Assembly: GCA_026184295.1 (NCBI GenBank)
Contig: JAHCJK010000003.1
Span: forward strand, 14,226 to 78,225
Direction: 5' to 3'
From: Planctomycetota bacterium
GTDB lineage: Bacteria; Planctomycetota; SZUA-567; H5-PLA8
DNA: 64,000 nt
The position numbers were made by a program, and so were the translations under genes. Of the stretch, positions 46,716 to 56,034 are shown piece by piece (position 1 is the first letter of the stretch; each line of letters begins with the position of its first letter). The notes under the pieces were generated by a model. It was given only the letters and a program-made list of their open reading frames with translations. It had not been told where the DNA came from and did no database searches.

Positions 46716-49466
46716 TCACATCCCCTGATTCAGGGTCGATACCCTCCTGATGACCACGCGCTTGCTCGTCTGCCTGCCCTTGTCGCTGGTGCTGCTTACG
46801 TTCACCCGTGCGCGGTAGAAGTCGCGGGTGTCGGCGTCGTACTGGGCCGAGTCGAGGTTTTCGGCCGAGACCCCGCGGTAATCGACCCAGCGCTGGGGAA
46901 TCACGAGGTTCAGGATGTGGTCGTTGAGCAGTTCCGAGGTGCCGACGGAACCGTTTTCGTTGACGGGGGGCAGCGGGTAGGTCATCGACGGGTTCATGGT
47001 CAGCAGCGTGGTTTCCGGCAGGCTGGGCAGTTGGCGATCCACGCCCACCTGGCTGGCCGTCTTCATCCCGTTGTCCTGGCAGTAGAAATCGGACCTGTTC
47101 ACGTTGGACTTGGTCCGGCGCGGCCACTGCCCGCGGTAGTACCCCAGCCCCGTCGCGGGCCAGTCGTTGCCGGTGGATCCCGTGTCGGTCTCGACGAGCT
47201 GGTCCGGGGCGATCTCGACGACCACCACGGCCTGATACCAGGTGCGCACGTCCGGATCGGTGGGGTTCAGCGCGGCCGAGGCGGCGTCCACGACTTCGGT
47301 GGTGACCACGAGCCAGTAGGTCGTGGAGGTCGTCGTCAGTTCGGTGGAAAAGCTGTCGGGGCCGAAGCAGAGCTGGCGCCAGGGAACCTGGTTGCGCGGC
47401 GCACAACTGGTCCGTTCGAAGGTGTTCGCCGGGGCGTTCTGGACGATGTCCAGGCCCTTCTCGTTGAAGGCCGCGTACGCGCCCGTGGCGACGAAGGTAT
47501 TCCGGCGGTTGTACTTCAGGTCCACGTACTCGTCGCGGCCGACGCGCATGTTGTACAGTTCGGTGATGGGGTCGCGGACGCCCGCGCGCGGATCGCTTTC
47601 GAACAGCAGGAAGTGCGTGGCGCCGCCGGCATCCCGCCAGTTCTTGCCCGGGATTATGTTGTCGAAGATTGCGTTGGCCGTGCGCTTGTCGAGCTTGCCG
47701 GGGATGATCTCGGGCGTATCTCGAACGTCAAAACTGACTGTCAATTCTCCATCCGGTACGATGGTCTCGCCATTGGGCCCGGTGTAGGCGGCCTGCCCCG
47801 CCACGTCGTACACCATTTCGTCGCCCGAAGTATAGATGTACCCGGGATTGACGACGGTGTTGTCGGTCCAAGCGTTGTTCCTTTCGGTCATGACCACCAG
47901 ATCTTCGGCAATCTTGCGGCGGAATTCTTCAAGCCCGTAAGGAAAGCGCGTGCGCCCGTAGTAGTCGGTCATCGCGTAATTGTTCGCGGTGTCCTGGGAA
48001 CTGTCCCCATAGGGGGCGGTTCCGGTGGGGCGGAATGCATACTTTACCCTTTGAGCTTCCGCAAGCTGCAGCGCACCCTTTCGATTCCCCGTCTGAGTGC
48101 TGGTGAACGCAAACTGTTGATAGTAGGAGCGCTCCGTCTGTTGGCCATTGCGCCGAAACAGTTCCCAATCACCCCATGACGATTTTTGCGTATTGTGATT
48201 GTAGCAATCCGGACGGTATCGAGCGCAGAAGTAGCGGACCATGGTTTCTTGATACCAATACGCGAGCTTGACTTGCAGTTCCTCGATATGGGTAATCGCA
48301 TTGTCGATCTGCGCGGCGGTGAGGGGGTTGTTGGAGGCGTCGCGCCACGTTGTCGTGTCGGCCTGTGCGTCCAGAACGATCTTTGGAGTCGTGCCGGAAC
48401 TGTCATGATCGATCCAAAACTTGCCGACCTTGATGATGCGGGCGAGCGATTCGACGTTAAAGACCCCTTCAAGCACGAACGACCAGCTATTTTCCGACCC
48501 GGCGACCACCATCGGCATCACGTTGCCTGACATCTCGCAGGTGTTGACGTTGACGGGGCAGCGCCCGGTGTCGGGATCCGCGCCCGCCTGAACGGTGTGC
48601 CCACCGAGGCCGACCTGATAGTACCAGTTGCCGCCCGTGTCGGGCGCTTCGTCCACGAAGATATTCTTCCAGCCGTTGAATTCGGGGCCCCACAGCCCTT
48701 CCCAGGAGGTGTTGGTGGTGATCCAGTTCGGCGAGACCATCTTATAGTCGCCGCCGAAGGACCAGTTGTACTTCAGGTAGCGGACCGTGCGCGTGGCCAT
48801 GCGCCAGCCTTCCGCGTAGCGATAGGGGCCGAAGTTGCCGTTGTAAGCCTGTCCCGCCCGCGAGGCGCGTTGGGGTTCAAAGTGGTTGATGCCGGTGCCG
48901 TCCATGAGCATGTGCGCCATCTGGCATTGCGTGGGGTTGCAGTCTTCGTTCCAATCGTTGATGGCCAGGGCGGAATTGGCGTCCACCACCTGCACGCAAA
49001 AGCGCCCGCGCGTGCTCCCGTCGGGAAAGAAGTCCGCGGGCATGTACTTCCATTTCGCATCCTTCATGCGCATGTACTTGTCGATGTACCGGTTGGGCGA
49101 CGTTCCGTCGGTGTAGCCGCTGGGCAGCGTCTTCACGAAGGGATCGTAGGGCGTGTACCACCACTGTCCGCCGCCGTTGGCGGAGTCGTCGTTGGCGTGG
49201 CTGACCCACTTGGTCGGATCGAACCGCTGCGTGGTCGGGTCGATCACGTGGTTGGCGATGTTGGCGATGGCCCAGTCCATCGAGGACTGCGCCAGGTCCA
49301 TGGCGTCGGTCTTGTCGCGCAGGTGGCTGACCGAAGCGACCTGCGTGCGCGTCAGGCTCATGAAGCCCACGACCACCGCGAGCAGCACGGCCAGCAGCCC
49401 GACCACGACGATGAGGATGAACCCCCGTCGCGTCAGCCGTTCCCTGTTCCAGAGCGATGCCGCCAT
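46716..49466 (-). CDS. giant GspK-like minor pseudopilin / pilus tip-associated protein (917 aa)
   Basis: The start is taken at ATG MAASLWNRERLTRRGFILIVVVGLLAVLLAVVVGF, a hydrophobic N-terminal segment of the GspK/PilX type. It is the last pseudopilin gene in the cluster. Confidence 0.6.
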   Translation of the reverse strand: MAASLWNRERLTRRGFILIVVVGLLAVLLAVVVGFMSLTRTQVASVSHLRDKTDAMDLAQSSMDWAIANIANHVIDPTTQRFDPTKWVSHANDDSANGGGQWWYTPYDPFVKTLPSGYTDGTSPNRYIDKYMRMKDAKWKYMPADFFPDGSTRGRFCVQVVDANSALAINDWNEDCNPTQCQMAHMLMDGTGINHFEPQRASRAGQAYNGNFGPYRYAEGWRMATRTVRYLKYNWSFGGDYKMVSPNWITTNTSWEGLWGPEFNGWKNIFVDEAPDTGGNWYYQVGLGGHTVQAGADPDTGRCPVNVNTCEMSGNVMPMVVAGSENSWSFVLEGVFNVESLARIIKVGKFWIDHDSSGTTPKIVLDAQADTTTWRDASNNPLTAAQIDNAITHIEELQVKLAYWYQETMVRYFCARYRPDCYNHNTQKSSWGDWELFRRNGQQTERSYYQQFAFTSTQTGNRKGALQLAEAQRVKYAFRPTGTAPYGDSSQDTANNYAMTDYYGRTRFPYGLEEFRRKIAEDLVVMTERNNAWTDNTVVNPGYIYTSGDEMVYDVAGQAAYTGPNGETIVPDGELTVSFDVRDTPEIIPGKLDKRTANAIFDNIIPGKNWRDAGGATHFLLFESDPRAGVRDPITELYNMRVGRDEYVDLKYNRRNTFVATGAYAAFNEKGLDIVQNAPANTFERTSCAPRNQVPWRQLCFGPDSFSTELTTTSTTYWLVVTTEVVDAASAALNPTDPDVRTWYQAVVVVEIAPDQLVETDTGSTGNDWPATGLGYYRGQWPRRTKSNVNRSDFYCQDNGMKTASQVGVDRQLPSLPETTLLTMNPSMTYPLPPVNENGSVGTSELLNDHILNLVIPQRWVDYRGVSAENLDSAQYDADTRDFYRARVNVSSTSDKGRQTSKRVVIRRVSTLNQGM

Positions 49467-49483
49467 GTCTGCTCCCTTGCCGG

Positions 49484-50545
49484 CTACAGGCCCGCTTCGA
49501 GCACGCCCAGGTTCTTGGCGCGGTTGAACGGATTCGGCTGGTTCACGTCCGTGTCCAGCGCCGCGCCCACGTTTTCCACGCTTCCCGCGCCCATGCCCGT
49601 CGGCACCTGCACCAGCCGGCAGAGCGTGATGCGCTTGCGCTTGCCGCGGTCGCAGACCGTGATGGTGATGCGCACGGTCTTGGGCGCGGGCGCGAAGTAC
49701 ACCACCGAATTGGCCGTGGTCCATTCCGACTCGAGTTCGCGGAACTTGCGCGTGGTCTGGTCCCACCAGGCCACGTCGAAGTCGATCAGGTTGATCCCGC
49801 TGACGTGCATGCGCGTGTAGTCGCTGATCCAGTTGTTCCAGATGACCTGGTTTTTGATCTCGTTGCCGGGCGTGAGCCGGTTGGCGTTCTCGTTCGGCCA
49901 GACGATCAGGCCGCCCGAGGGCGGCGACGGATAGTAGGGTTCGTTGGCGCGCGCGTAGTACTGCAGGGACGTCTCGATCAGGGAGACGTCGTTCAGCATC
50001 GTGGCGCGGTTGGGCGGCGCAACGCCATACTCGGTGTCGGGAAGCGGATAGAGGAGCGTCGAACGCATCGAGCCGAACCAGGCCTCGTGCGTGTTGGGCT
50101 TGTACAGGAACTGCGTCGGGTAGTTGAAGGGGTGCGTCATCGAGCCGTTCACCAGCGTGCCGCGGCTTCCCGCGCTGCCGATGGATCCCGCGAAGGAGCC
50201 CGGCTGCGGCTTGATGAGCTGCACGCCGTCGGCCTCGCGGCGCGAGAAATAATAGAGCTTGGTGTTCCCCGCCGGCGCCACGGGCGTGAACGGATCGGTG
50301 TCGTCCCACGAGCTGCTCTTGATGGAGAAGTGCTCGCCGCGTTCGTTGCCCAGCGACTGCCGGATCTCCTGCTCGAAGATATCCAGGATGTTGCGGGCGG
50401 CTTCGTAGGCGGCCAGTTTCTCCTCGACATTGCGGACCGTGCGCGTGGAGACCTGGAAGATGGGCACGACAAGCAGCATGATCGCCAGCGCGATGCTGAC
50501 CACCACCATCATCTCCAGGATCGTAAACCCGCGGCATCTCGCCAT
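49484..50545 (-). CDS. prepilin-type N-terminal cleavage/methylation domain pseudopilin (354 aa)
   Basis: The N-terminus MARCRGFTILEMMVVVSIALAIMLL carries the classic GFTxxE prepilin motif. Confidence 0.65.
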   Translation of the reverse strand: MARCRGFTILEMMVVVSIALAIMLLVVPIFQVSTRTVRNVEEKLAAYEAARNILDIFEQEIRQSLGNERGEHFSIKSSSWDDTDPFTPVAPAGNTKLYYFSRREADGVQLIKPQPGSFAGSIGSAGSRGTLVNGSMTHPFNYPTQFLYKPNTHEAWFGSMRSTLLYPLPDTEYGVAPPNRATMLNDVSLIETSLQYYARANEPYYPSPPSGGLIVWPNENANRLTPGNEIKNQVIWNNWISDYTRMHVSGINLIDFDVAWWDQTTRKFRELESEWTTANSVVYFAPAPKTVRITITVCDRGKRKRITLCRLVQVPTGMGAGSVENVGAALDTDVNQPNPFNRAKNLGVLEAGL

Positions 50546-50568
50546 CGTCCGGCTCCCGTCGCTTCGGA

Positions 50569-51138
50569 TCAGTTCCCGTACGAATACATGTACTGCGTGT
50601 AGCGCTGTTCCTTCTTCGTGCCCTTCAGGTTGATCACGATGGTCACGCGCGTCAGGCCCACGTCGGCGCCCGCGTTCACCACCGGCACGTACGGCGACGT
50701 GTTGGGCGCCGCGGGCGTCGCGTTGCTGTCCAGCCCGACGCTCCTGAGTTCGCCCTGGTCCACCAGCCACTGGTAGCGTTCGATGTCGTCGAAGTATTCG
50801 TAGGTTTCGCCCGCGCCGTGCGCGAAGTCGCGCCAGCCGCCGGCGTTCCCGTTCTTCTGTTCCTGCCCGCGCGGCGGCGCAAGGGCCGCGTCCATGTAAC
50901 CGGACCCGTCGAGCAGGTCCACGCGCGGGTCGATGCGGTCGCGGCGGAACTCCGCGAACTTGGAGCGCGACAGGTGCACGGAAGCGTCGAGGAAGACGAC
51001 CTTCTGCGCCGAATCGATGCCCGTCGGCATCGCCGCCAGGATGCCCATCACGCCGATCAGGAGCACGAACAGCGCGATCAGGATTTCGATCAGCGTCAGG
51101 CCGCGTCGGGCCGCGGGCGTATTTCGCAACAGGTTCAC
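50569..51138 (-). CDS. prepilin-type pseudopilin (about 190 aa, GTG start)
   Basis: The N-terminus …RRGLTLIEILIALFVLLIGVMGIL is prepilin-type. The start is inferred at the GTG (VNLLRNTPAA). Confidence 0.55.
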   Translation of the reverse strand: MNLLRNTPAARRGLTLIEILIALFVLLIGVMGILAAMPTGIDSAQKVVFLDASVHLSRSKFAEFRRDRIDPRVDLLDGSGYMDAALAPPRGQEQKNGNAGGWRDFAHGAGETYEYFDDIERYQWLVDQGELRSVGLDSNATPAAPNTSPYVPVVNAGADVGLTRVTIVINLKGTKKEQRYTQYMYSYGN

Positions 51139-51152
51139 GCGCGTCCCTTCGT

Positions 51153-51977
51153 TCAAAGATTGCCCGGGTACGAATCGATGCGATTGTTGATCTGCCGCCA
51201 GTCGCTCACCGAGTCGGCGGCCACCGGGCCGCTCGACGGGTTCGCCCGGATGTGCGTCAGCGTGTACGGCAGCACGCGCGGGCGCGTCGCCGAATGGCTG
51301 CGCCCCGCCTCCATGACCACGTGCTGCCCGGTCGCTTCCTCGTAAATAAGGAGAAAGTCGTACGCGTAGCAGCCGATGCCCGTGACCTGCTGCACCAGCC
51401 CGCCGCGCTGCGAAAAGACCGTGTGGTGGCGCTTGATCTCCCCGATCGGGTCCTTGCGGTACTTGGGGAAATCGAAGACGCAGCGGTACACGCCGCTCGC
51501 AAGCGAGCGCGAGAAGATGCCGGCCATGATGCGCACGCCGTCGGGATACGTGATCGCCTGCTTGGTGATCATCATCGTCGGGAAGCGGAACGGATACCAC
51601 TGGTCCGAGCCGCTGACCGCGGGCGAGATGACCGGCCGCACGTCGCCGTAGCCGCCGAACCCGAAGCCCGTCGTCGCCTGCACCGCCCAGACTTCGATCT
51701 CGCCCTTCTTCGGCACGGGGTTGGGCGAAGGCTCCAGCCCCATCGTCGCCAGGTCGTCGCCGTAATAGACCGCCACCACCGAGCGCAGGTTCTGCGCTTC
51801 GGAACGCGCATGGAAGAGCGCCGTCTCGACGGCCGAGACCGTCTGCTGAAGTTTGGACTGCTTGGCCAGTTGCGAGAACAGGGGGTACGCCATCCCCGTC
51901 AGGAGGGCGATGATGAAGATCACAAGGATCAGTTCGACGAGCGTGAACGCCCGCTTCTGCCTGCGCGGCATCTTCAT
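51153..51977 (-). CDS. prepilin-type pseudopilin (274 aa)
   Basis: The N-terminus MKMPRRQKRAFTLVELILVIFIIALL is prepilin-type. Confidence 0.65.
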   Translation of the reverse strand: MKMPRRQKRAFTLVELILVIFIIALLTGMAYPLFSQLAKQSKLQQTVSAVETALFHARSEAQNLRSVVAVYYGDDLATMGLEPSPNPVPKKGEIEVWAVQATTGFGFGGYGDVRPVISPAVSGSDQWYPFRFPTMMITKQAITYPDGVRIMAGIFSRSLASGVYRCVFDFPKYRKDPIGEIKRHHTVFSQRGGLVQQVTGIGCYAYDFLLIYEEATGQHVVMEAGRSHSATRPRVLPYTLTHIRANPSSGPVAADSVSDWRQINNRIDSYPGNL

Positions 51978-51992
51978 GGCTGCTCCCGTGCC

Positions 51993-52562
51993 CTACTTGC
52001 CCGAAACGACGTCGTCCCCGGTGCCGCCGTTATCGGTCTGATCGGGTCCAAACGAATAAATCTGAATGGTCTTTTTGGTGCGCGTCTTGGTGTTGTCCCA
52101 GACGTCGGTCTCGACCTGCGTCGTCACCTTGTACATCACCGGCTTGAACCACGGATCGACGATCACCGGACGCCCCGAGCCCAAGTCCCTCACTTCCTGC
52201 TCGCTGAACCTCCCGAAGGGCCCGCAGTTGAGCGTCGCCGCCACTTCGCCCGCGCCCGACGGCGTCTTGCGGTACGTGCGGGTCAGGAAATACGCGAGGG
52301 CTTCCGGACCGTTGTACGCCCCAAAGGCATCCGGCGGATATTCGCGGAAGTCCAGGTGGTAGCTCTCCAGGGCGTTCTGGCAGGTCTCGATCAGGGACTT
52401 GGCCGTGCTGGCCTTGGCGCGCGAACGCATGCGCGAAGTCATCCCGAAGATCGCAGCCATCAGCAAGGAAATGATGCCGATGACCACGAGCAGTTCGAGC
52501 ATGGTCATGCCACGCGCGCGCTTCGATCTCTGCGGTTGGCTGCAAGCGTCCCGTGCGAGCAC
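51993..52562 (-). CDS. GspG-like major pseudopilin (type II secretion / type IV pilin-like)
   Basis: A leader (…KRARG) is followed by MTMLELLVVIGIISLL. The downstream motif DPWFKPVMY resembles the GspG 'DPWGNPY' signature. Confidence 0.7.
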   Translation of the reverse strand: MLARDACSQPQRSKRARGMTMLELLVVIGIISLLMAAIFGMTSRMRSRAKASTAKSLIETCQNALESYHLDFREYPPDAFGAYNGPEALAYFLTRTYRKTPSGAGEVAATLNCGPFGRFSEQEVRDLGSGRPVIVDPWFKPVMYKVTTQVETDVWDNTKTRTKKTIQIYSFGPDQTDNGGTGDDVVSGK

Positions 52563-52970
52563 CCGATCCCCCTTCGTTCCAACATGAGCAACGGCGCGTG
52601 CATATCCGGAAGACGAAAATTACACTACCTTCACTTCATGTTTATGGTTGCAATTTGACAAAAAAGTCAGACATGGTGCACCTTGTTTTATAGTCAACTC
52701 AATGGTTTATACACTATGTGCATTTATCATATCAATGTATTTCCTCTTCTGAACAAGTGAGTTATAGATAAATGGGCGATTTATATTATAAACTTAATAA
52801 AGTCAATAAAATTACGTAAGTTACTACAATCGCCACTTGGTAAATATTATCTATTTTCAGTAAATACATAAGAATGACCGTAACACCAAGTCCATCTACG
52901 CGTTGAGGCTTCTCTGCAACCGCACAGCCACGGCCTAACCGCTCGAAAGTTAATACGGCGCTTCCAAGCA
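52563..52970. promoter_or_regulatory. AT-rich promoter/regulatory island upstream of the pseudopilin operon
   Basis: About 400 bp of strongly AT-rich sequence in a ~67% GC genome, immediately 5' of the GspG-like gene. Only one 72-aa ORF (52786..53004, minus strand) falls within it, and it is not convincing. Confidence 0.6.
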
Positions 52971-53061
52971 TGACCTTGGGATGGGAAGGCTTGCACGAGG
53001 GCAATCGCCCAAGGAGGCGCGGAGAAGAATCTCACGCCGTCCGACAAGATCACCCGTGCAA

Positions 53062-55881
53062 CTATTTCTTGCGCGTGGTCAGCTGGAGCGGCAGGCGCGC
53101 GAGGCCCCCGGCGGGCTTGACCTTCAGGCGCACGGCCTTCGGCGCGGCGACGTCCAGGATCAGCACGCCTCGTTCGATGCGCCAATCGACGTCGATCGTC
53201 CCGCGGCGATGCGGCACCGAACCTCGCGCCCAGGTCAGCGACGCGGAATCCGGCGCGACAAGCACTTCGTCGGGCTTGGCGCGCGTCTGCCGGACGCCCA
53301 GCGTCCGTTCGGCCATCGTGTGCATCGGCGCGCAGCTCCAGGCGTGGCAGCGGCTGCCGTTGTGCCCGATGCCTTCCCAGATCGTCCACGCGCCCTGCGA
53401 GCGCACGAACCCGTAGTTGCTGCGAATCGCCTGTTCGGCCAGGCCGGTGCGCCCGTGGTCGTAGAGCACGTTCAAGAGGAAGTAGAAGAAGTAGAGTTCC
53501 GCGTAGCCGCCCTGCCGCTTGAGGTTCTCGGGCAGGCGTTCTTCGATGTAGCGCAAGACCGCCGGCTTGCGCGCGTCGCTTACCAGGCCGAAGAAGAGCG
53601 CCAGGATGTTCGAATGCAGCGCGCCGTCGGTCACGCGTGCGCCGTTCATGCGGGTCGCCGCGTAGCGCTTCTGTCCGTCGTCCCACAGGCTCTGAAAGAT
53701 CTTGGCCGCGCGCGCGTGTTCCTTGCGGTATCGGGCGGCCTCGGCGGGCTTCTTCAAGGCTGCGGCCAGCTGCGCGGCGGCCTCGTACGCGCCGCAGCGG
53801 ATGGCGTTCAGCGGACCGCTCTCGCCCTTCTTCGTCTCCTTCGCCGCGCCCCAGTCGCAGAAGACGTGCAGATTGTCCGCGTTCCACAGGCCGCCCGGCG
53901 CTTCCACCCAATCGGGGCTCGCGAAGATCGCCGCGACGCTCGGCCAGACTTCCTTCGCGAGACTCAGGTCGCCGGTGGCGGCCCAGTAATCGCGCAGGAT
54001 GACGATCCAGAGGAGCGTGTAATCGTGCAGCGGGTTGTACTTCCACGCGGGCACGACGTCCTGCATCTGCCCGCCGTCCATCTGCGCCTTGGCCCACAGC
54101 CAGAGGCAGCGGCGCACCATCGCCGGATCGGCGCTGACGGCGCGGTTGGCCTGGTATTCGACCAACGAATCGCCCACGTAGGCGCCGCGTTCGCGCCAGG
54201 GGCAATCGAGGTACGCGTCTTCCATGCAGGCCTGGAGCGTCTCGGTGCCGGCCTCGAAGACCCAGTTGTAAAGCGGGTCGGAACATTCGAAGCGCCCTTC
54301 GCGCTGCAGCGGATACGTCGTCTGCCGAACGGTCAGGCGGTGCAGGATCACCGGCCCCTTTGCGTCGCGCACCGCAACGGAGAGATAACGCCCGCCGCGC
54401 GGGTGAAAGCCCTCGACGGTCTCGCGCCCGCCGCGCAGCACGAAGCGGTCGGCCGACCCGATCCACCAGTTGGTCTTGAAGACGTCGATCATCCCGTCGG
54501 CGCGCAGGCGTTCGTCGTTGCAGACATCCACCACCGTGCCGGCCGGCGCCTCGATGTCCAGCCGCGCATGCCCGAGAAACTCGCCGCCGAAATCGAAGAC
54601 CACCACGCCGCCGTTGGCCTCGGTGCCGGGGATCGCGATCTCCGTGACCTGGTACGGATCGGCGTCCACCTTCTGCCCCGGCGTGTCCCAGGCCATCTCG
54701 CGGCCGGGCGCGGGCACGCGCGCGCCGTGCGGCACGGGCGTCCAGCCGCCCACCTCGGGCAGGCCCTTCAGGTCGGCGGGAACGCGCGTGCGTTCGCGCT
54801 CGAGCACATCCACGTCCACGGGGCCGCTGTGGATCATGCACGCGGCCGCGCCTTCGCGCGGTTCGGCGGACGCCACGATCCCCTTCCCCGCCGGGATGCC
54901 GATGAGGATGCTCCAGCATTCGGCGAGCATCTCCGGTTCGCCGTAGAGGAAGTTCCAGCCTTTGCGCAGGCGCACGGGATAGTCTTCGCGGTTGCCCAGG
55001 CGCTCGGTCTTGACCCGCTGGATCGGCTCGCCGTTCAGGTAATTCGGGCCCCACCAGATGCCGATCGTCACGTCCTGTTCTTCGGGCGAATACAAATGCG
55101 TCGCGTAGCAGACGCGCGGACGCTTGCTCCCACGCGGGCCCACCGAGGCGTCGATGCGGCAGCCGATGCGGTACTCGGTGGCGTCCAGCGCCGCGACGGT
55201 CAGCGTCCGCTCCGGCAGGCGTTCGTGCATCGTCAGCATTGGAATCGAACGCGGCGTGAACGGGCCCCAGAAACCCTGGTTCGCCAGCGGCGTGGGAGCG
55301 GGCCACGCGCCGTCGTCGAAGGAGGCCTCGAACCACGCGGCGGGAATCCCGCGCAGATCGGCGATCTCGACCGGGCCCTGCGCGAAGCTGAACGGCGGCG
55401 CCCACGGATCGACTGCGGTCAGCGGCATGGCCTTCCACGCGCCGGGTGTGGAAAGGTCCACGGCGTCCTTGCCCTGCCCGGCCGCGCCCCAGGCCAGAAA
55501 ACCCGCGAGCCCCGGGAGCGACTCGAACGAACTCGCGCCCTTGTGGTTCACTTCCACCGTGACCACGTTGCGCCCCTTGACGAGGTACGGGGCCAGGTCC
55601 ACGGAGTCGTACTGCGGCGCCTTGGGCGTAAAGCGCGCCGGGCCGTACGCGGCGATGTGTCCGTTCACCCGCAGGCGGTAGCGTGTGTCGGCAAAGAGAT
55701 GCAGCAGCGCGCGTGCGGGGATCTTGGCGAGCTTGAAGGTTCTTCGAAAGAATGCGAAGAGATTGCGCCCTTCGCCTTGTGCATCAGTCCAGACCATCAG
55801 CGGTTTCGACGACGTTGTTTTCACTCCATTTTCTCCCGGCCGAACAGGCCACCCGAGCCTTTGCACGGCGTTACACAGCAT
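53062..55881 (-). CDS. alpha-L-rhamnosidase (GH78)
   Basis: The bacterial rhamnosidase N-terminal beta-sandwich (LRVNG) is present. The six-hairpin catalytic domain contains DCPWRERGAYVGD, the GH78 'DCPxRE(R)xGWxGD' signature. The ATG is at 55881; an internal ATG (MVWTD) is an alternative. Confidence 0.85.
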   Translation of the reverse strand: MLCNAVQRLGWPVRPGENGVKTTSSKPLMVWTDAQGEGRNLFAFFRRTFKLAKIPARALLHLFADTRYRLRVNGHIAAYGPARFTPKAPQYDSVDLAPYLVKGRNVVTVEVNHKGASSFESLPGLAGFLAWGAAGQGKDAVDLSTPGAWKAMPLTAVDPWAPPFSFAQGPVEIADLRGIPAAWFEASFDDGAWPAPTPLANQGFWGPFTPRSIPMLTMHERLPERTLTVAALDATEYRIGCRIDASVGPRGSKRPRVCYATHLYSPEEQDVTIGIWWGPNYLNGEPIQRVKTERLGNREDYPVRLRKGWNFLYGEPEMLAECWSILIGIPAGKGIVASAEPREGAAACMIHSGPVDVDVLERERTRVPADLKGLPEVGGWTPVPHGARVPAPGREMAWDTPGQKVDADPYQVTEIAIPGTEANGGVVVFDFGGEFLGHARLDIEAPAGTVVDVCNDERLRADGMIDVFKTNWWIGSADRFVLRGGRETVEGFHPRGGRYLSVAVRDAKGPVILHRLTVRQTTYPLQREGRFECSDPLYNWVFEAGTETLQACMEDAYLDCPWRERGAYVGDSLVEYQANRAVSADPAMVRRCLWLWAKAQMDGGQMQDVVPAWKYNPLHDYTLLWIVILRDYWAATGDLSLAKEVWPSVAAIFASPDWVEAPGGLWNADNLHVFCDWGAAKETKKGESGPLNAIRCGAYEAAAQLAAALKKPAEAARYRKEHARAAKIFQSLWDDGQKRYAATRMNGARVTDGALHSNILALFFGLVSDARKPAVLRYIEERLPENLKRQGGYAELYFFYFLLNVLYDHGRTGLAEQAIRSNYGFVRSQGAWTIWEGIGHNGSRCHAWSCAPMHTMAERTLGVRQTRAKPDEVLVAPDSASLTWARGSVPHRRGTIDVDWRIERGVLILDVAAPKAVRLKVKPAGGLARLPLQLTTRKK

Positions 55882-55913
55882 TTCTAAAGGTAAGGAAACG
55901 AGTTACCCTTTTG

Positions 55914-55970
55914 TTTACACCTTAAACTAGTTTCTGTAATTTCATTTTTATTTTTCATAAGCGGTGTAAA
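55914..55970. promoter_or_regulatory. inverted repeat TTTACACC … GGTGTAAA in the AT-rich divergent promoter region
   Basis: 8-bp inverted repeats spaced about 41 bp apart, between the GH78 and LacI-family genes. Confidence 0.35.
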
Positions 55971-56034
55971 TTATAGAGCCATGTAACTTGCACGGCGCTG
56001 TAAGTCATTTCATTTCAAAGGAGTAGATTCCGAT

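Noticed and set aside
46323-48179. 618-aa plus-strand ORF antisense to the GspK-like gene
   Set aside because: The minus-strand frame gives a prepilin-type N-terminus in operon context. The plus frame is low complexity.
52786-53004. 72-aa minus-strand ORF inside the AT-rich island
   Set aside because: No plausible RBS or start context, low-complexity translation, and it lies in a region better explained as a promoter.
52847-55887. ORFs 52847..55438 (-, 863 aa) and 52981..55887 (+, 968 aa) overlapping the GH78 gene
   Set aside because: The GH78 frame has a diagnostic DCPWRERGAYVGD motif. The others are RG-rich artefacts.
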